A stretch of 22,935 nt of DNA from Limisphaerales bacterium (lineage in GTDB: Bacteria > Verrucomicrobiota > Verrucomicrobiia > Limisphaerales > JAJOIW01), in assembly GCA_965657355.1 (NCBI GenBank), contig CBFHOE010000001.1:448981-471915 (forward strand), written 5' to 3'. Made by a program: the position numbers and the translations under genes. This document shows, piece after piece, positions 1-8,584 of this stretch. Numbering within the stretch: position 1 is the stretch's first letter; the number at the start of each line of letters is the position of its first letter. A model generated the notes under the pieces. That model was given only the letters and a program-made list of their open reading frames with translations. It was not told where the DNA came from and did no database searches.

Positions 1-1019
1 ACGGATGATAAATCCATGCCGTCCAAGGTATGGGATATTTTTCCCGATGCCCCAATAATTCGAGCAAGCGTCGGGAAGATGTCAGAGGTGTTCGCTCTTC
101 CAAATATTTTCTTAGGCCGTTTGATTACTTTTGGCCATTCTATCATACTCGGAACCAGAACCCCGCCCTCATATAAAGATCCTTTTTTACCCCGGAATTT
201 TCCAGAGTTTCCAACTTTGGGTAAAGATCCATTATCGCTGCAATACCAAACTAAAGTTTTCTCTCGTATATTATTTGATTCGAGTGTTTGTCTCAGCTGA
301 GCAAGTGCTCTGTCTATCCCGGTTATCTCTCCGAGAAAATTTTGTTCTGCACGGGGTAGGCCCCGATAGGCCTCTATATCTCGTTCCGAGGCAGCATGCG
401 GGGAATGAGGCGACCCAAACCAAACAACTGCTAAAAAGGCTTCATTGTTTTTGTTACAACGAGAAATAAAATCCGATGCCAGCTCTGCAGTTTGAACAGA
501 GCTTTCCTTAAATGTTTTAATGGCTCTACCCCTATTACTGAGAATGGCTCCTGTATCATAAAAATTAGGTGCCGAGACCCATTCATCAAAACCACTTGCC
601 CCCGGGTTGACTGGACTTCCAGATTGAACCGAGCCTAAATGCCATTTTCCAAAGTGACCAGTCCGATATCCAACACTTCGAAAGAGTTCAGCTATTGTTT
701 GCTCTTGTGGACGTAATGTGTGTCCCCAGCTAAAACAGCCAAACCGGTTTGGATGGCGACCTGTCATAACGCTTCCCCGTGTTGGCGAGCATACTGAGGA
801 TGCTGCGTAGAACCGTTCAAAAACGAGGCCTTCCCTTGCCATTCGATCCATCTCCGGTGTACGGAGATGTGGGTGGCCTCGAAATCCAACATCGCCCCAC
901 CCCTGGTCGTCTGCCATTACGAGAATAACGTTAGGTTTTTCGCCGGCAAATAGGGTTGGCCATAGAAACAAATTTAAAATGCAAATCAATAAATTTTGTA
1001 ACCGATTTACTGAATTCAT
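1..1019 (-). CDS. Cys-type (formylglycine-dependent) sulfatase / arylsulfatase family, 3' end outside the window
   Basis: Manual translation from ATG at 1019 gives MNSVNRLQNLLICILNLFLWPTLFAGEKPNVILVMADDQGWGD..., with the sulfatase signature CSPTRGSVMTGR (CxPxR), GYRTGHFGKWHLG, SDNG and KGSLYEGGV. The frame is open to position 1. The N-terminus resembles a signal peptide. Not in the ORF track. Confidence 0.93.
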   Translation of the reverse strand, partial: MNSVNRLQNLLICILNLFLWPTLFAGEKPNVILVMADDQGWGDVGFRGHPHLRTPEMDRMAREGLVFERFYAASSVCSPTRGSVMTGRHPNRFGCFSWGHTLRPQEQTIAELFRSVGYRTGHFGKWHLGSVQSGSPVNPGASGFDEWVSAPNFYDTGAILSNRGRAIKTFKESSVQTAELASDFISRCNKNNEAFLAVVWFGSPHSPHAASERDIEAYRGLPRAEQNFLGEITGIDRALAQLRQTLESNNIREKTLVWYCSDNGSLPKVGNSGKFRGKKGSLYEGGVLVPSMIEWPKVIKRPKKIFGRANTSDIFPTLARIIGASGKISHTLDGMDLSS

Positions 1020-1066
1020 AGGTCGAGCAAGATATGAAGTATATTTATTAAATGAGGTTTCTCTGA

Positions 1067-1810
1067 TTAGTTGAGCGGCCCCCAAATATCGACCATCAAT
1101 GCATAACAATCCGGATCGTATTTCTTTAACTCAGCTCCGACAAAGGGATAAAAGTCGTTGCGATAGAAATAGGATTCGGTGGCCTCAGCAAAAAATTCTT
1201 TGTGATTATTGAGGCCGTAATGCCTTACTTCTCTTCCTGTGTAAAGCATGACTTTTTCGTAAAGGCCTTTCTCTTTTGCATTATTGAAAACTTTAAGAAT
1301 TTTTGGATTATCAAAGTCGAGAATCTGATCATGGTAAGCATGAGCGAGCTCATGCAATACAACCATTGGGTGTTTCAGCATTTGTTGCTTTGAAAGAAGG
1401 GCTCCAGCCCTGGTGATATGAACTTTTTTGGCTAGCCGGGGGTCGTGTTTGTTTGCTAGCAACCATCCTTTACTTGGGTGATATTGCATGGCTGAAAGTT
1501 TTGGATGTTTGTGTTCAATCCAAATTTCCAAAGTTTGAACATCTTTTAAAATCTTTTCGGGTAATAGAATTTTTATCCGCTGTAGGTTGTTAGCGAGCAT
1601 TTTTAGAGCTTGCTCACCTTCGATAAAGTGCTCGCCGCCAGGTAGTAATTGAGGGTCGATATGAACATTCCAACCTTCAATTTTCCTTATTTCAGGATCG
1701 AAAAATATTTTCTCTGCATCCTCTGCATTGATTGAATGTAATGGAAAAGTCGCCAAACTTAAAATGACTGAAAAGATCCCCGGAAGCATTATTTTGTTAA
1801 TAGTCATCAC
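1067..1810 (-). CDS. Secreted zinc metallopeptidase (HExxH zincin with downstream ExFAE)
   Basis: Hydrophobic signal peptide, VVLHELAHAYH motif and downstream NHKEFFAEATESYF third-ligand motif. Confidence 0.8.
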   Translation of the reverse strand: MMTINKIMLPGIFSVILSLATFPLHSINAEDAEKIFFDPEIRKIEGWNVHIDPQLLPGGEHFIEGEQALKMLANNLQRIKILLPEKILKDVQTLEIWIEHKHPKLSAMQYHPSKGWLLANKHDPRLAKKVHITRAGALLSKQQMLKHPMVVLHELAHAYHDQILDFDNPKILKVFNNAKEKGLYEKVMLYTGREVRHYGLNNHKEFFAEATESYFYRNDFYPFVGAELKKYDPDCYALMVDIWGPLN

Positions 1811-1858
1811 GATTATCTTATCAGATACTTGGTATTATGAAAGGATCCACTATCAATG

Positions 1859-1891
1859 AAAATGACACTTTGCCATGAGCAAAGTGCCATT
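1859..1891 (-). terminator. Probable intrinsic terminator after the PVC heme protein gene
   Basis: Minus strand reads AATGGCACTTTGC-TCATG-GCAAAGTGTCATT, a 13-bp stem with one G-U pair, then TTCATT. It starts about 30 nt after the stop at 1920. Confidence 0.6.
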
Positions 1892-1919
1892 AAAAATACT
1901 CAATTATCAAAGGATTAGA

Positions 1920-4502
1920 TTATTTCACTTTAAGTAATTCAGGAGCCGTCCAAAGGTCATCTATATTCTTGGTGGCTTGTCTGGTTTTTGTAACCTCGGC
2001 CACGGAGATTGCGGATGATGTGTGGCCGAAAGAATTACGGACGTAGGTCAGGACTGAAGCTATTTGTTCGTCTTCTAAAACAGCAAGACCAGGCATGAGT
2101 AGGTTATACACTTTGCCGTCGACCTCAACTGGGCCTTGCATTCCATGGAGTACGATTCTCGTTAATCTTTCTTTGGAACCAGAAACCCATTCAGAGTTTT
2201 TGAGCGGAGGCGCAAGTCCTTCTTGTCCTTCGCCATTTGGTTGGTGGCAGGCCCCGCAAAGGGTTGTGTAAACAAGCTGACCTTTGTTAAATAATTCCTT
2301 TTCTGCCTTGGTGAGTTCGGCTTTGTCGCCAGGTTGTCTGCCAGTGTTTTGAGATAATTCAGCAGAGTCGTCCCATTTGACTCCAATTAGTAACTTTTTC
2401 ACCTTATTATTAGTTCCAGAGGCACTTAAAAGTTGTTTTGGCTTTTTATCAAGTTTGACGATGCTCGTTGGCTTTTTATTTCTGTTCACTGAAGAAGCAA
2501 GCCCGTCGAGTATGGCATCGGCCATTATGCGAGACGCCTCGGGCAATCCTATACCAAGGTGGGTTGCTGCCAAAAAATGCTCTGCATTTTTTCCTTCACG
2601 TAAAGAGTTTGCTACTCTCTTAACAAAAGAAGTTCTGGAGTCGCTAGGGATATTCCAAGCCCTATTCTGGGAAACGAGTTCCATGAATTGAAGCTCTGCG
2701 CCTTCCATGCTGGAGAGTGCAGCGTTTTGCAGCCACTCATTTTGAGATCCAAATAGCATGAGTTTTGCAAATGTTTCAGCCCGATTCTGTGATGGTAATT
2801 GACTGATAGAGAAGGCTAGTTGCTGTCTGACTTCAAATGATGGGTCGCTGACCTTAGAAAGAATTGTTTTTGTTAGCTTAGCATTACTTTTTGTCTCAAT
2901 TAACAAATTCTCAGCTAATCTAATGGCTATAGCTCTGTTTTTTCCGTCCCAGTCTTCTAATGCATGAGTGATCAGTTTTTTATTTACCTGACTAAGACCT
3001 TCGAGGGTCCAAAGAGCGTGCCTCCGACCTAGCGCGTTTTTCGACTTTAAAGCGGCTTTTCGGATTTGACTAACAGGGGCCTGATCCCCTAATTCTATGA
3101 GAAGTCGTTGCGCTGTGTCTCGGGTCCATCCGTTAGTATCTGAGAGAGCTTTGACTAGGTCGTTCGGATTAGATTTGGTTAGTTCACGTGGATTGGTTGA
3201 GTGACCACCTTTCCATTTAACCCTGTAAATTCTTCCTAAGTGGATTGGGCTTTCAAGTCCTCTCGATTCAATTTGCTTTCTTAAATATGTGGTTAAGAAA
3301 ATTTTGTGCTGAATAAGTCCTCGGTAAAGGTCGACTACATATAAGCAGCCATCAGGCCCATTATATAAATTGACAGGTCTAAACCTTTCGTCAGTTGAGG
3401 CTAGAAACTCAGATTGAAAATAGGCGTTTTTGGCGGAAACAGTGCCTTCTGTCTCAGTAAGTATATTTCTTCTGATAAAATTTCCTGTAGGTTCTGGAAT
3501 AAATCCATTTCCAACGAAATCACTAGGAAAGTTATTGCCACGGTATATGACTGGACCTGAGGCTCCGGTGTATCTAGCTAAAGTGTAATCTTCAGATCTC
3601 AAAGTACCGGGTCTGTAGGCTCTATTCACGCCCGGGTTTATTCGGTTTGGCCATACTGTTTGATCAGATGTCGTTCTGTAGCTTCCTCCGGAGAGCCTGC
3701 CCAAGTTTGGGTTTTGAGATAGATAATGAGTTGGAAATAAATCGACTCTAAGTTGGTCTGAGTTTGAGTTAAAATAAATACGGCCGTAATTGTCTTGTGA
3801 GATACCCCATTGGCCCCGGCCTGAAGTCGCCTCTTTGACCCATTTGCCATCAATTTTTTTATAACGTGAACTGTGGTTAGCACTGTATATCCAATTATCA
3901 AGAGCCATCATCAAACCATTAGAGGTATGCTCCGGGTTCCCTTGGCTTCCGTATTTGTCGTCTACGATTTCTTTGACGTCGCTTTTCCCGTCCCCATTCG
4001 TATCTTGGCAAAACCAAAGGAAAGGAGGCTCCGCTACGAGGACCCCATCATTCACTAAGCAGATGGCTCTTGGCATCTGTAGCTTATCTAAAAACACGGT
4101 CCTTTTATCAACACGTCCGTCATCATCTGTGTCCTCTAAGGTGACGATGCTGCCAACGCGTGCTTCTTCGCCTTTGCCATCTGCATCAGGCATGTAGCCG
4201 GTCATCTCCACAACCCACATGCGGCCGTTTTCATCGAATTCCATAGCAACTGGAGAATTGACGAATGGCTCTGAGGCCGCAATTTCAACTTCAAATCCGG
4301 CAGGCACAGTGAATGACTGGAGTGCTTGCTCTGGACTCAATACCGGAGCTTCGGGGATGATTTCCTCAGGAACTCTTGACTGCTGTATTGTCCCAGGTTT
4401 GTCTTTTCTATCTCCAGCTTGACCGTATATCTCAGTTCCCCCTGCGAACATGAGGCTGAATAAAGCCAAAAGGCATTTTGTCCTAGTGAAATGTGAAAAC
4501 AT
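1920..4502 (-). CDS. PVC-type putative dehydrogenase: N-terminal glucose/sorbosone-dehydrogenase-like beta-propeller, HEAT-like repeats, C-terminal cytochrome c
   Basis: Signal peptide. LSPEQALQSFTVPAGFEVEIAASEP...PVAMEFDENGRMWVVEM, DTNGDGKSD and STDERFRPV..GPDGCLYVVD are typical of the planctomycete/verrucomicrobial propeller domain. HEAT-like NGWTRDTAQRLL and RRHALWTL. Heme motif CGACH with GLAPPL and a distal LMP. Confidence 0.85.
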   Translation of the reverse strand: MFSHFTRTKCLLALFSLMFAGGTEIYGQAGDRKDKPGTIQQSRVPEEIIPEAPVLSPEQALQSFTVPAGFEVEIAASEPFVNSPVAMEFDENGRMWVVEMTGYMPDADGKGEEARVGSIVTLEDTDDDGRVDKRTVFLDKLQMPRAICLVNDGVLVAEPPFLWFCQDTNGDGKSDVKEIVDDKYGSQGNPEHTSNGLMMALDNWIYSANHSSRYKKIDGKWVKEATSGRGQWGISQDNYGRIYFNSNSDQLRVDLFPTHYLSQNPNLGRLSGGSYRTTSDQTVWPNRINPGVNRAYRPGTLRSEDYTLARYTGASGPVIYRGNNFPSDFVGNGFIPEPTGNFIRRNILTETEGTVSAKNAYFQSEFLASTDERFRPVNLYNGPDGCLYVVDLYRGLIQHKIFLTTYLRKQIESRGLESPIHLGRIYRVKWKGGHSTNPRELTKSNPNDLVKALSDTNGWTRDTAQRLLIELGDQAPVSQIRKAALKSKNALGRRHALWTLEGLSQVNKKLITHALEDWDGKNRAIAIRLAENLLIETKSNAKLTKTILSKVSDPSFEVRQQLAFSISQLPSQNRAETFAKLMLFGSQNEWLQNAALSSMEGAELQFMELVSQNRAWNIPSDSRTSFVKRVANSLREGKNAEHFLAATHLGIGLPEASRIMADAILDGLASSVNRNKKPTSIVKLDKKPKQLLSASGTNNKVKKLLIGVKWDDSAELSQNTGRQPGDKAELTKAEKELFNKGQLVYTTLCGACHQPNGEGQEGLAPPLKNSEWVSGSKERLTRIVLHGMQGPVEVDGKVYNLLMPGLAVLEDEQIASVLTYVRNSFGHTSSAISVAEVTKTRQATKNIDDLWTAPELLKVK

Positions 4503-4590
4503 ATTAAAATAATCCTTATTTTAAGTAAAAATGTCAAAGTCGTAGCGATTTTGGTTAGCAAATGTCTCAATAAATTCTAAATATGCGCCA

Positions 4591-7500
4591 TTAATCCTCA
4601 TTGGAGAAAATGTATTTAAAGTCATCCATGGTAAGAGATTCGGAAAATTTGGTTTCATCGAGGACTTCACTGGCTAATTTATTTTTTTCAATTTGGAGTC
4701 GTCGGATTTTTTGTTCAATCGAATCTTTGGCTAAGAATCTATAGGCTACGACTTTATTTTTTTGCCCAATCCTATGTGTCCTATCAATAGCCTGGTTCTC
4801 GACAGCTGGATTCCACCATGGGTCGAATAGGATAACATACTGGGCAGCCGTTAAGTTTAATCCTGCTCCACCTGCCTTAAGAGAGATGAGAAAAACCCCT
4901 GGCCCCTCGTGTTCTTGAAAATCACGTACGATTTGACCTCGCTTTTCGGTTTTTCCTGTGAGTTCCCACATTTTCCAATCAAATTTGCGTCCAACTCCCT
5001 TAATGAGACCCAACATTTCAACAAATTGCGAAAAGATGAGAACCTTTGATCCCTGATCAAGGATGGCTTCGACGCGATCTTCCAATACTTCTAGTTTTGC
5101 TGACTTGCCACTGGAATCTTTGGTGTAAAGTTTGGGGTGACAGCAGATCTGACGAAGTCGTAGTAGTGAGGTCAGAACATTAAATCGCATTTTACTGAGC
5201 TCTGCATCTGTCTTTATTTTCAGCATGACTTGTTGGGCCCGTTTTAATTCTGCTCGATACATTATATCTTGTTCGCCCGACATGCTGCACATGATGTCCT
5301 CTTCAACTCTTTCCGGAAGATCCTGGGCAACTTGATCTTTTGTTCTTCTAAGGATAAAAGGTCTGATCCTGTTAGTGAGGCGTAGTTGTGCCAGTGAATC
5401 TGTTTTAGGATTGAAGTTTTCTTTAAAGCTGGCTCTGCTTCCTAAAATACCAGGCATAGAAAATTCTAAGATGCTCCACAAGTCCATTAACCTGTTTTCT
5501 ATAGGTGTCCCGGTCAGTGCAATCCGATAGGAAGACTTGAGTGAGGTAGCAGTTCTCCATGATTGTGAATTTGGATTTTTTATATTCTGTGCTTCGTCCA
5601 GAACAATAGCCAACCAGTGAATTTTGGATATTTGGCTACTTTTATTCCTCATCTGAGCATAGTTTACGACATGTATCTCAAATGCTGATTCAGAAACTGC
5701 AAAGTTTCCTATCGAAGAGGCATCCCACACATAAACTGGTGTAGTTTTTGTGAAAAGTTCCACTTCGTTGGCCCAATTATCCATCACGCTTTTGGGGCAA
5801 ACGACAAGAACGGGCCCACTTACGACTTTTTCAGATTCGTTCAGATGGTTTAACCACGTTAGGGTTTGTAGTGTTTTTCCGAGGCCCATATCGTCAGCCA
5901 ATATGCCTCCAAAATTATTGCGGCTTAAATAAGATAGGAAGTGGAATCCATCTACTTGGTATGGCCTGAGCTTACCGGTAACAGTCGAGGGGATTTTCGG
6001 TGCGACCTCAAGTTTAAGTTCAGAAGCTTGCTTCGTGATCTGACTGAATTTATCTGCAGCGATCCATTTTTCACCTGTCTCATTGGCAAGTTGAACTACA
6101 TGAACCTTTTGTTTTCCTCTGGCAAGTTCATTTGGGCTAAAACCAAGCCTCGCCAAATCCTTGTTGTCGGCTTCATTAAAAGAGAAATTGATTCGTTTCC
6201 AGCTCCCAGATTTTAATCTGACCCAATTGCCTGGAGATTTTAATAAAAGTGCTTTCTCTTCTGGTGTCAGCTCTACATCACCGGTGTCTAAAGCTATATC
6301 CACATCGAACCAATCATTGGTGGTTGGGTTTTCAATAACATCTAAAGAGGCCTTTCCATTGATATTTCCACGTTGAAGATCGGAGAGGATTGGGTCTAAT
6401 TCCAATATAGCATCAGAGGGTAAGTCCGAAAGCCATTGATGGAATTCATCCGGAAATCGTTTTGTAATAGTGGATTCAAACCAACCATCTTCATCACTGA
6501 AGTGAGGGTCTAAAAATCGCATTAATGAAGGCATTTGGCGTATTGAGGATTCGTCAATCCAATCGCTCAGACTTGAAATTTGGTCTTCGGACGCCAATCC
6601 TACTGATTCGGGCGTGAAATCCGCTGCAATTTCCCATCCGTTGATGCCATATTCAAGTATTGGAGATTCACCATCTTGCGTTACTGCTGTAACACGAATC
6701 CGGCAGGTTTCGTCACCACCAACAGTACCTTTCAGCCAAGCCTTGAAATTCAAAATTGGTCGAATGGAAATATTATTTGTATCTTCCCCACGCAATTCCT
6801 CTGGCAGGACGACTCCGAACTGCCTCAAGGCTTTTTTAAATTCTTCTCTCTCCAGCCACTGAGCAGGTAGCACAGTCTTACCGTTTATGTTGAGCATTTC
6901 CTCAGCTGGATGAGGGCCTGGCGCGATTAATTTATCAGATAAATAAAGAGTCGGTTTGCCAACAAGGCATCTTGTCCATTTCGGTAACTCTTTTCTGTCA
7001 TCCCAAGCAAGTGAAATAGAATATTGATCATCTTCTTCACTTGGAGATTTTTTTTCTTTTTCTAAAATCCATTGTAGTGATTCTTCCTCCCACTGAAATG
7101 CCATTCCATCTTTGTTTATAACTTTATTGCGAGCATCAGGATTCAATAGGATATTACGAAGGACTTGCACATCACCAGGACTCGTCAAATTTAAACTTAC
7201 AGTTTTATGATATTCTATTGTACTCAGGTTTTCTATCAGACATTTGGAACCAGGCTCCAATACGATCATGTCATGAGTCATTCCTTGGATTAAATATTCA
7301 AGCTCTTCAGGCTTGATTTGTTTGTAACTCGGGGCAACCGAGAAAACTCCTTCGAGTTCAGCTGACGTTTTATGTATTCTCAAATAAAGATCAGCTGTCG
7401 TTCGTAAATTAAGTAAATTTTTCGAAGGTATATTATATGTAAGCTGAGAATAGAATTCTTTAAATTTTTTCTCGGAAGTGATTGCTTGAATCTTTGCTTT

Positions 7501-8190
7501 TTGATCATCAATGCGTGATAGATCATAAGGAAGATCTAGCTCAGGAGTGATTTTTCCATCTGAATATCTGGTGTAAGAAGCGAGGATTAGCCAAAAATCT
7601 AATATGTCATTAGGTATTCCTACCTCATCCCATAGGTCGATTTCTTGCCACTGGTATTCATCGTGTTTGAGTCCCATTTGAGATAGGTCTCCATAATTAA
7701 GAGGATTACCGTTTTGTAGCTCCAAGAAACATTCTACAATGACTAGAGCTCTATTTTTAATTTTTGCAGTAAGTGGAGGCTTAATAAATGTGGCCAGGTA
7801 GTTTTCAATTTTTTGAGATAATTTTGAAATCTTATCTAACACAGTATCCTGCTTGATATTTTTATTTTCGTCTTCCGGTTTATCAAGAAATCCATAACAG
7901 CTACGTAAGACTGAATATATATGCTTGCAAAACCCTTGCGTAACTGGGCAACTACAATAAGCATCCAGCTCAGCAGATTTCAGTATGGAAAGGTCTACTT
8001 CGTAACTTCTACCGCCTTCCACATCAGCTTCACAATGCAACCCATTTTGATCATGTTTGATATTGAGCAATTTTACACGGCCCTGGCGAAAATAATCTGC
8101 CCCCTTGGCAGCGGTAATAGTTGGAAATGCTGAGAGTATATTTAGAATCTCTGTCTTGTAATACTCTTTCCAAGCCTCGTCTTTACCCAT
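4591..8190 (-). CDS. SWIM zinc-finger / SNF2-family (DEAQ-box) helicase-like ATPase
   Basis: N-terminal SWIM CSCPVTQGFCKH. SNF2 motifs LRPYQ, LADDMGLGKT, LDEAQNIKN, TGTPIEN, LIFSQF, SLKAGGAGLNL and DPWWNPAVENQAIDRTHRIGQ. Confidence 0.93.
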   Translation of the reverse strand: MGKDEAWKEYYKTEILNILSAFPTITAAKGADYFRQGRVKLLNIKHDQNGLHCEADVEGGRSYEVDLSILKSAELDAYCSCPVTQGFCKHIYSVLRSCYGFLDKPEDENKNIKQDTVLDKISKLSQKIENYLATFIKPPLTAKIKNRALVIVECFLELQNGNPLNYGDLSQMGLKHDEYQWQEIDLWDEVGIPNDILDFWLILASYTRYSDGKITPELDLPYDLSRIDDQKAKIQAITSEKKFKEFYSQLTYNIPSKNLLNLRTTADLYLRIHKTSAELEGVFSVAPSYKQIKPEELEYLIQGMTHDMIVLEPGSKCLIENLSTIEYHKTVSLNLTSPGDVQVLRNILLNPDARNKVINKDGMAFQWEEESLQWILEKEKKSPSEEDDQYSISLAWDDRKELPKWTRCLVGKPTLYLSDKLIAPGPHPAEEMLNINGKTVLPAQWLEREEFKKALRQFGVVLPEELRGEDTNNISIRPILNFKAWLKGTVGGDETCRIRVTAVTQDGESPILEYGINGWEIAADFTPESVGLASEDQISSLSDWIDESSIRQMPSLMRFLDPHFSDEDGWFESTITKRFPDEFHQWLSDLPSDAILELDPILSDLQRGNINGKASLDVIENPTTNDWFDVDIALDTGDVELTPEEKALLLKSPGNWVRLKSGSWKRINFSFNEADNKDLARLGFSPNELARGKQKVHVVQLANETGEKWIAADKFSQITKQASELKLEVAPKIPSTVTGKLRPYQVDGFHFLSYLSRNNFGGILADDMGLGKTLQTLTWLNHLNESEKVVSGPVLVVCPKSVMDNWANEVELFTKTTPVYVWDASSIGNFAVSESAFEIHVVNYAQMRNKSSQISKIHWLAIVLDEAQNIKNPNSQSWRTATSLKSSYRIALTGTPIENRLMDLWSILEFSMPGILGSRASFKENFNPKTDSLAQLRLTNRIRPFILRRTKDQVAQDLPERVEEDIMCSMSGEQDIMYRAELKRAQQVMLKIKTDAELSKMRFNVLTSLLRLRQICCHPKLYTKDSSGKSAKLEVLEDRVEAILDQGSKVLIFSQFVEMLGLIKGVGRKFDWKMWELTGKTEKRGQIVRDFQEHEGPGVFLISLKAGGAGLNLTAAQYVILFDPWWNPAVENQAIDRTHRIGQKNKVVAYRFLAKDSIEQKIRRLQIEKNKLASEVLDETKFSESLTMDDFKYIFSNED

Positions 8191-8499
8191 CTGTCTCTAG
8201 TCTCTTTCGATTGGTTTCTGCTGTCACTTAATTTTATTCCATTAATCGCAGATATATACTGCATTTTCTGTTAGTGCTATTCAATTTATTCAATCAAAAT
8301 TTTTTAAAAAAATTCCTGCATGCTTATTGATTTATAATTTTAAAATGGATCGCTTTTTATGCCATTCATAACCCATTTTTATTTAGTGCCAAAATCTTTA
8401 TTTCCTACCCAGTCGGGGGCATTTTAGATTCAAAAAAATAACCGTTTATTTATCTGTGAAATAATACCCAAATTCTGGGCTGAGGTATTGAAAGAATTA

Positions 8500-8520
8500 T
8501 AAAAATCTCAATACCGGGGT
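8500..8520. repeat. Imperfect direct repeat, copy 1 (TAAAAATCTCAAT-ACCGGGGT)
   Basis: Matches 12634-12660 (TAAAAATCTGAAT-ttccga-ACCGGGGT): 12/13 plus 8/8 identity with a 6-nt gap. Confidence 0.35.
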
Positions 8521-8541
8521 AAAGATTTAGGCTTTCCCCGG
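8514..8541 (-). terminator. GC-rich hairpin downstream of the DUF1592 gene, possible terminator
   Basis: Minus strand reads CCGGGGAAAG-CCTAAAT-CTTT(A)CCCCGG then TATT, 44 nt after the stop at 8585. The U-tract is weak. Confidence 0.4.
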
Positions 8542-8584
8542 ATATTTAAAGAAAGGTAAGCTTCTGCTGTGATGATATTTTGCT

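Noticed and set aside
16..469. Plus-strand ORFs 16-300 and 131-469
   Set aside because: They are antisense shadows of the sulfatase gene, which has clear family motifs.
8297..8314. A/T-only palindrome (AATTTTTTAAAAAAATT) upstream of the SNF2 gene
   Set aside because: Such homopolymer runs are expected in AT-rich intergenic DNA.
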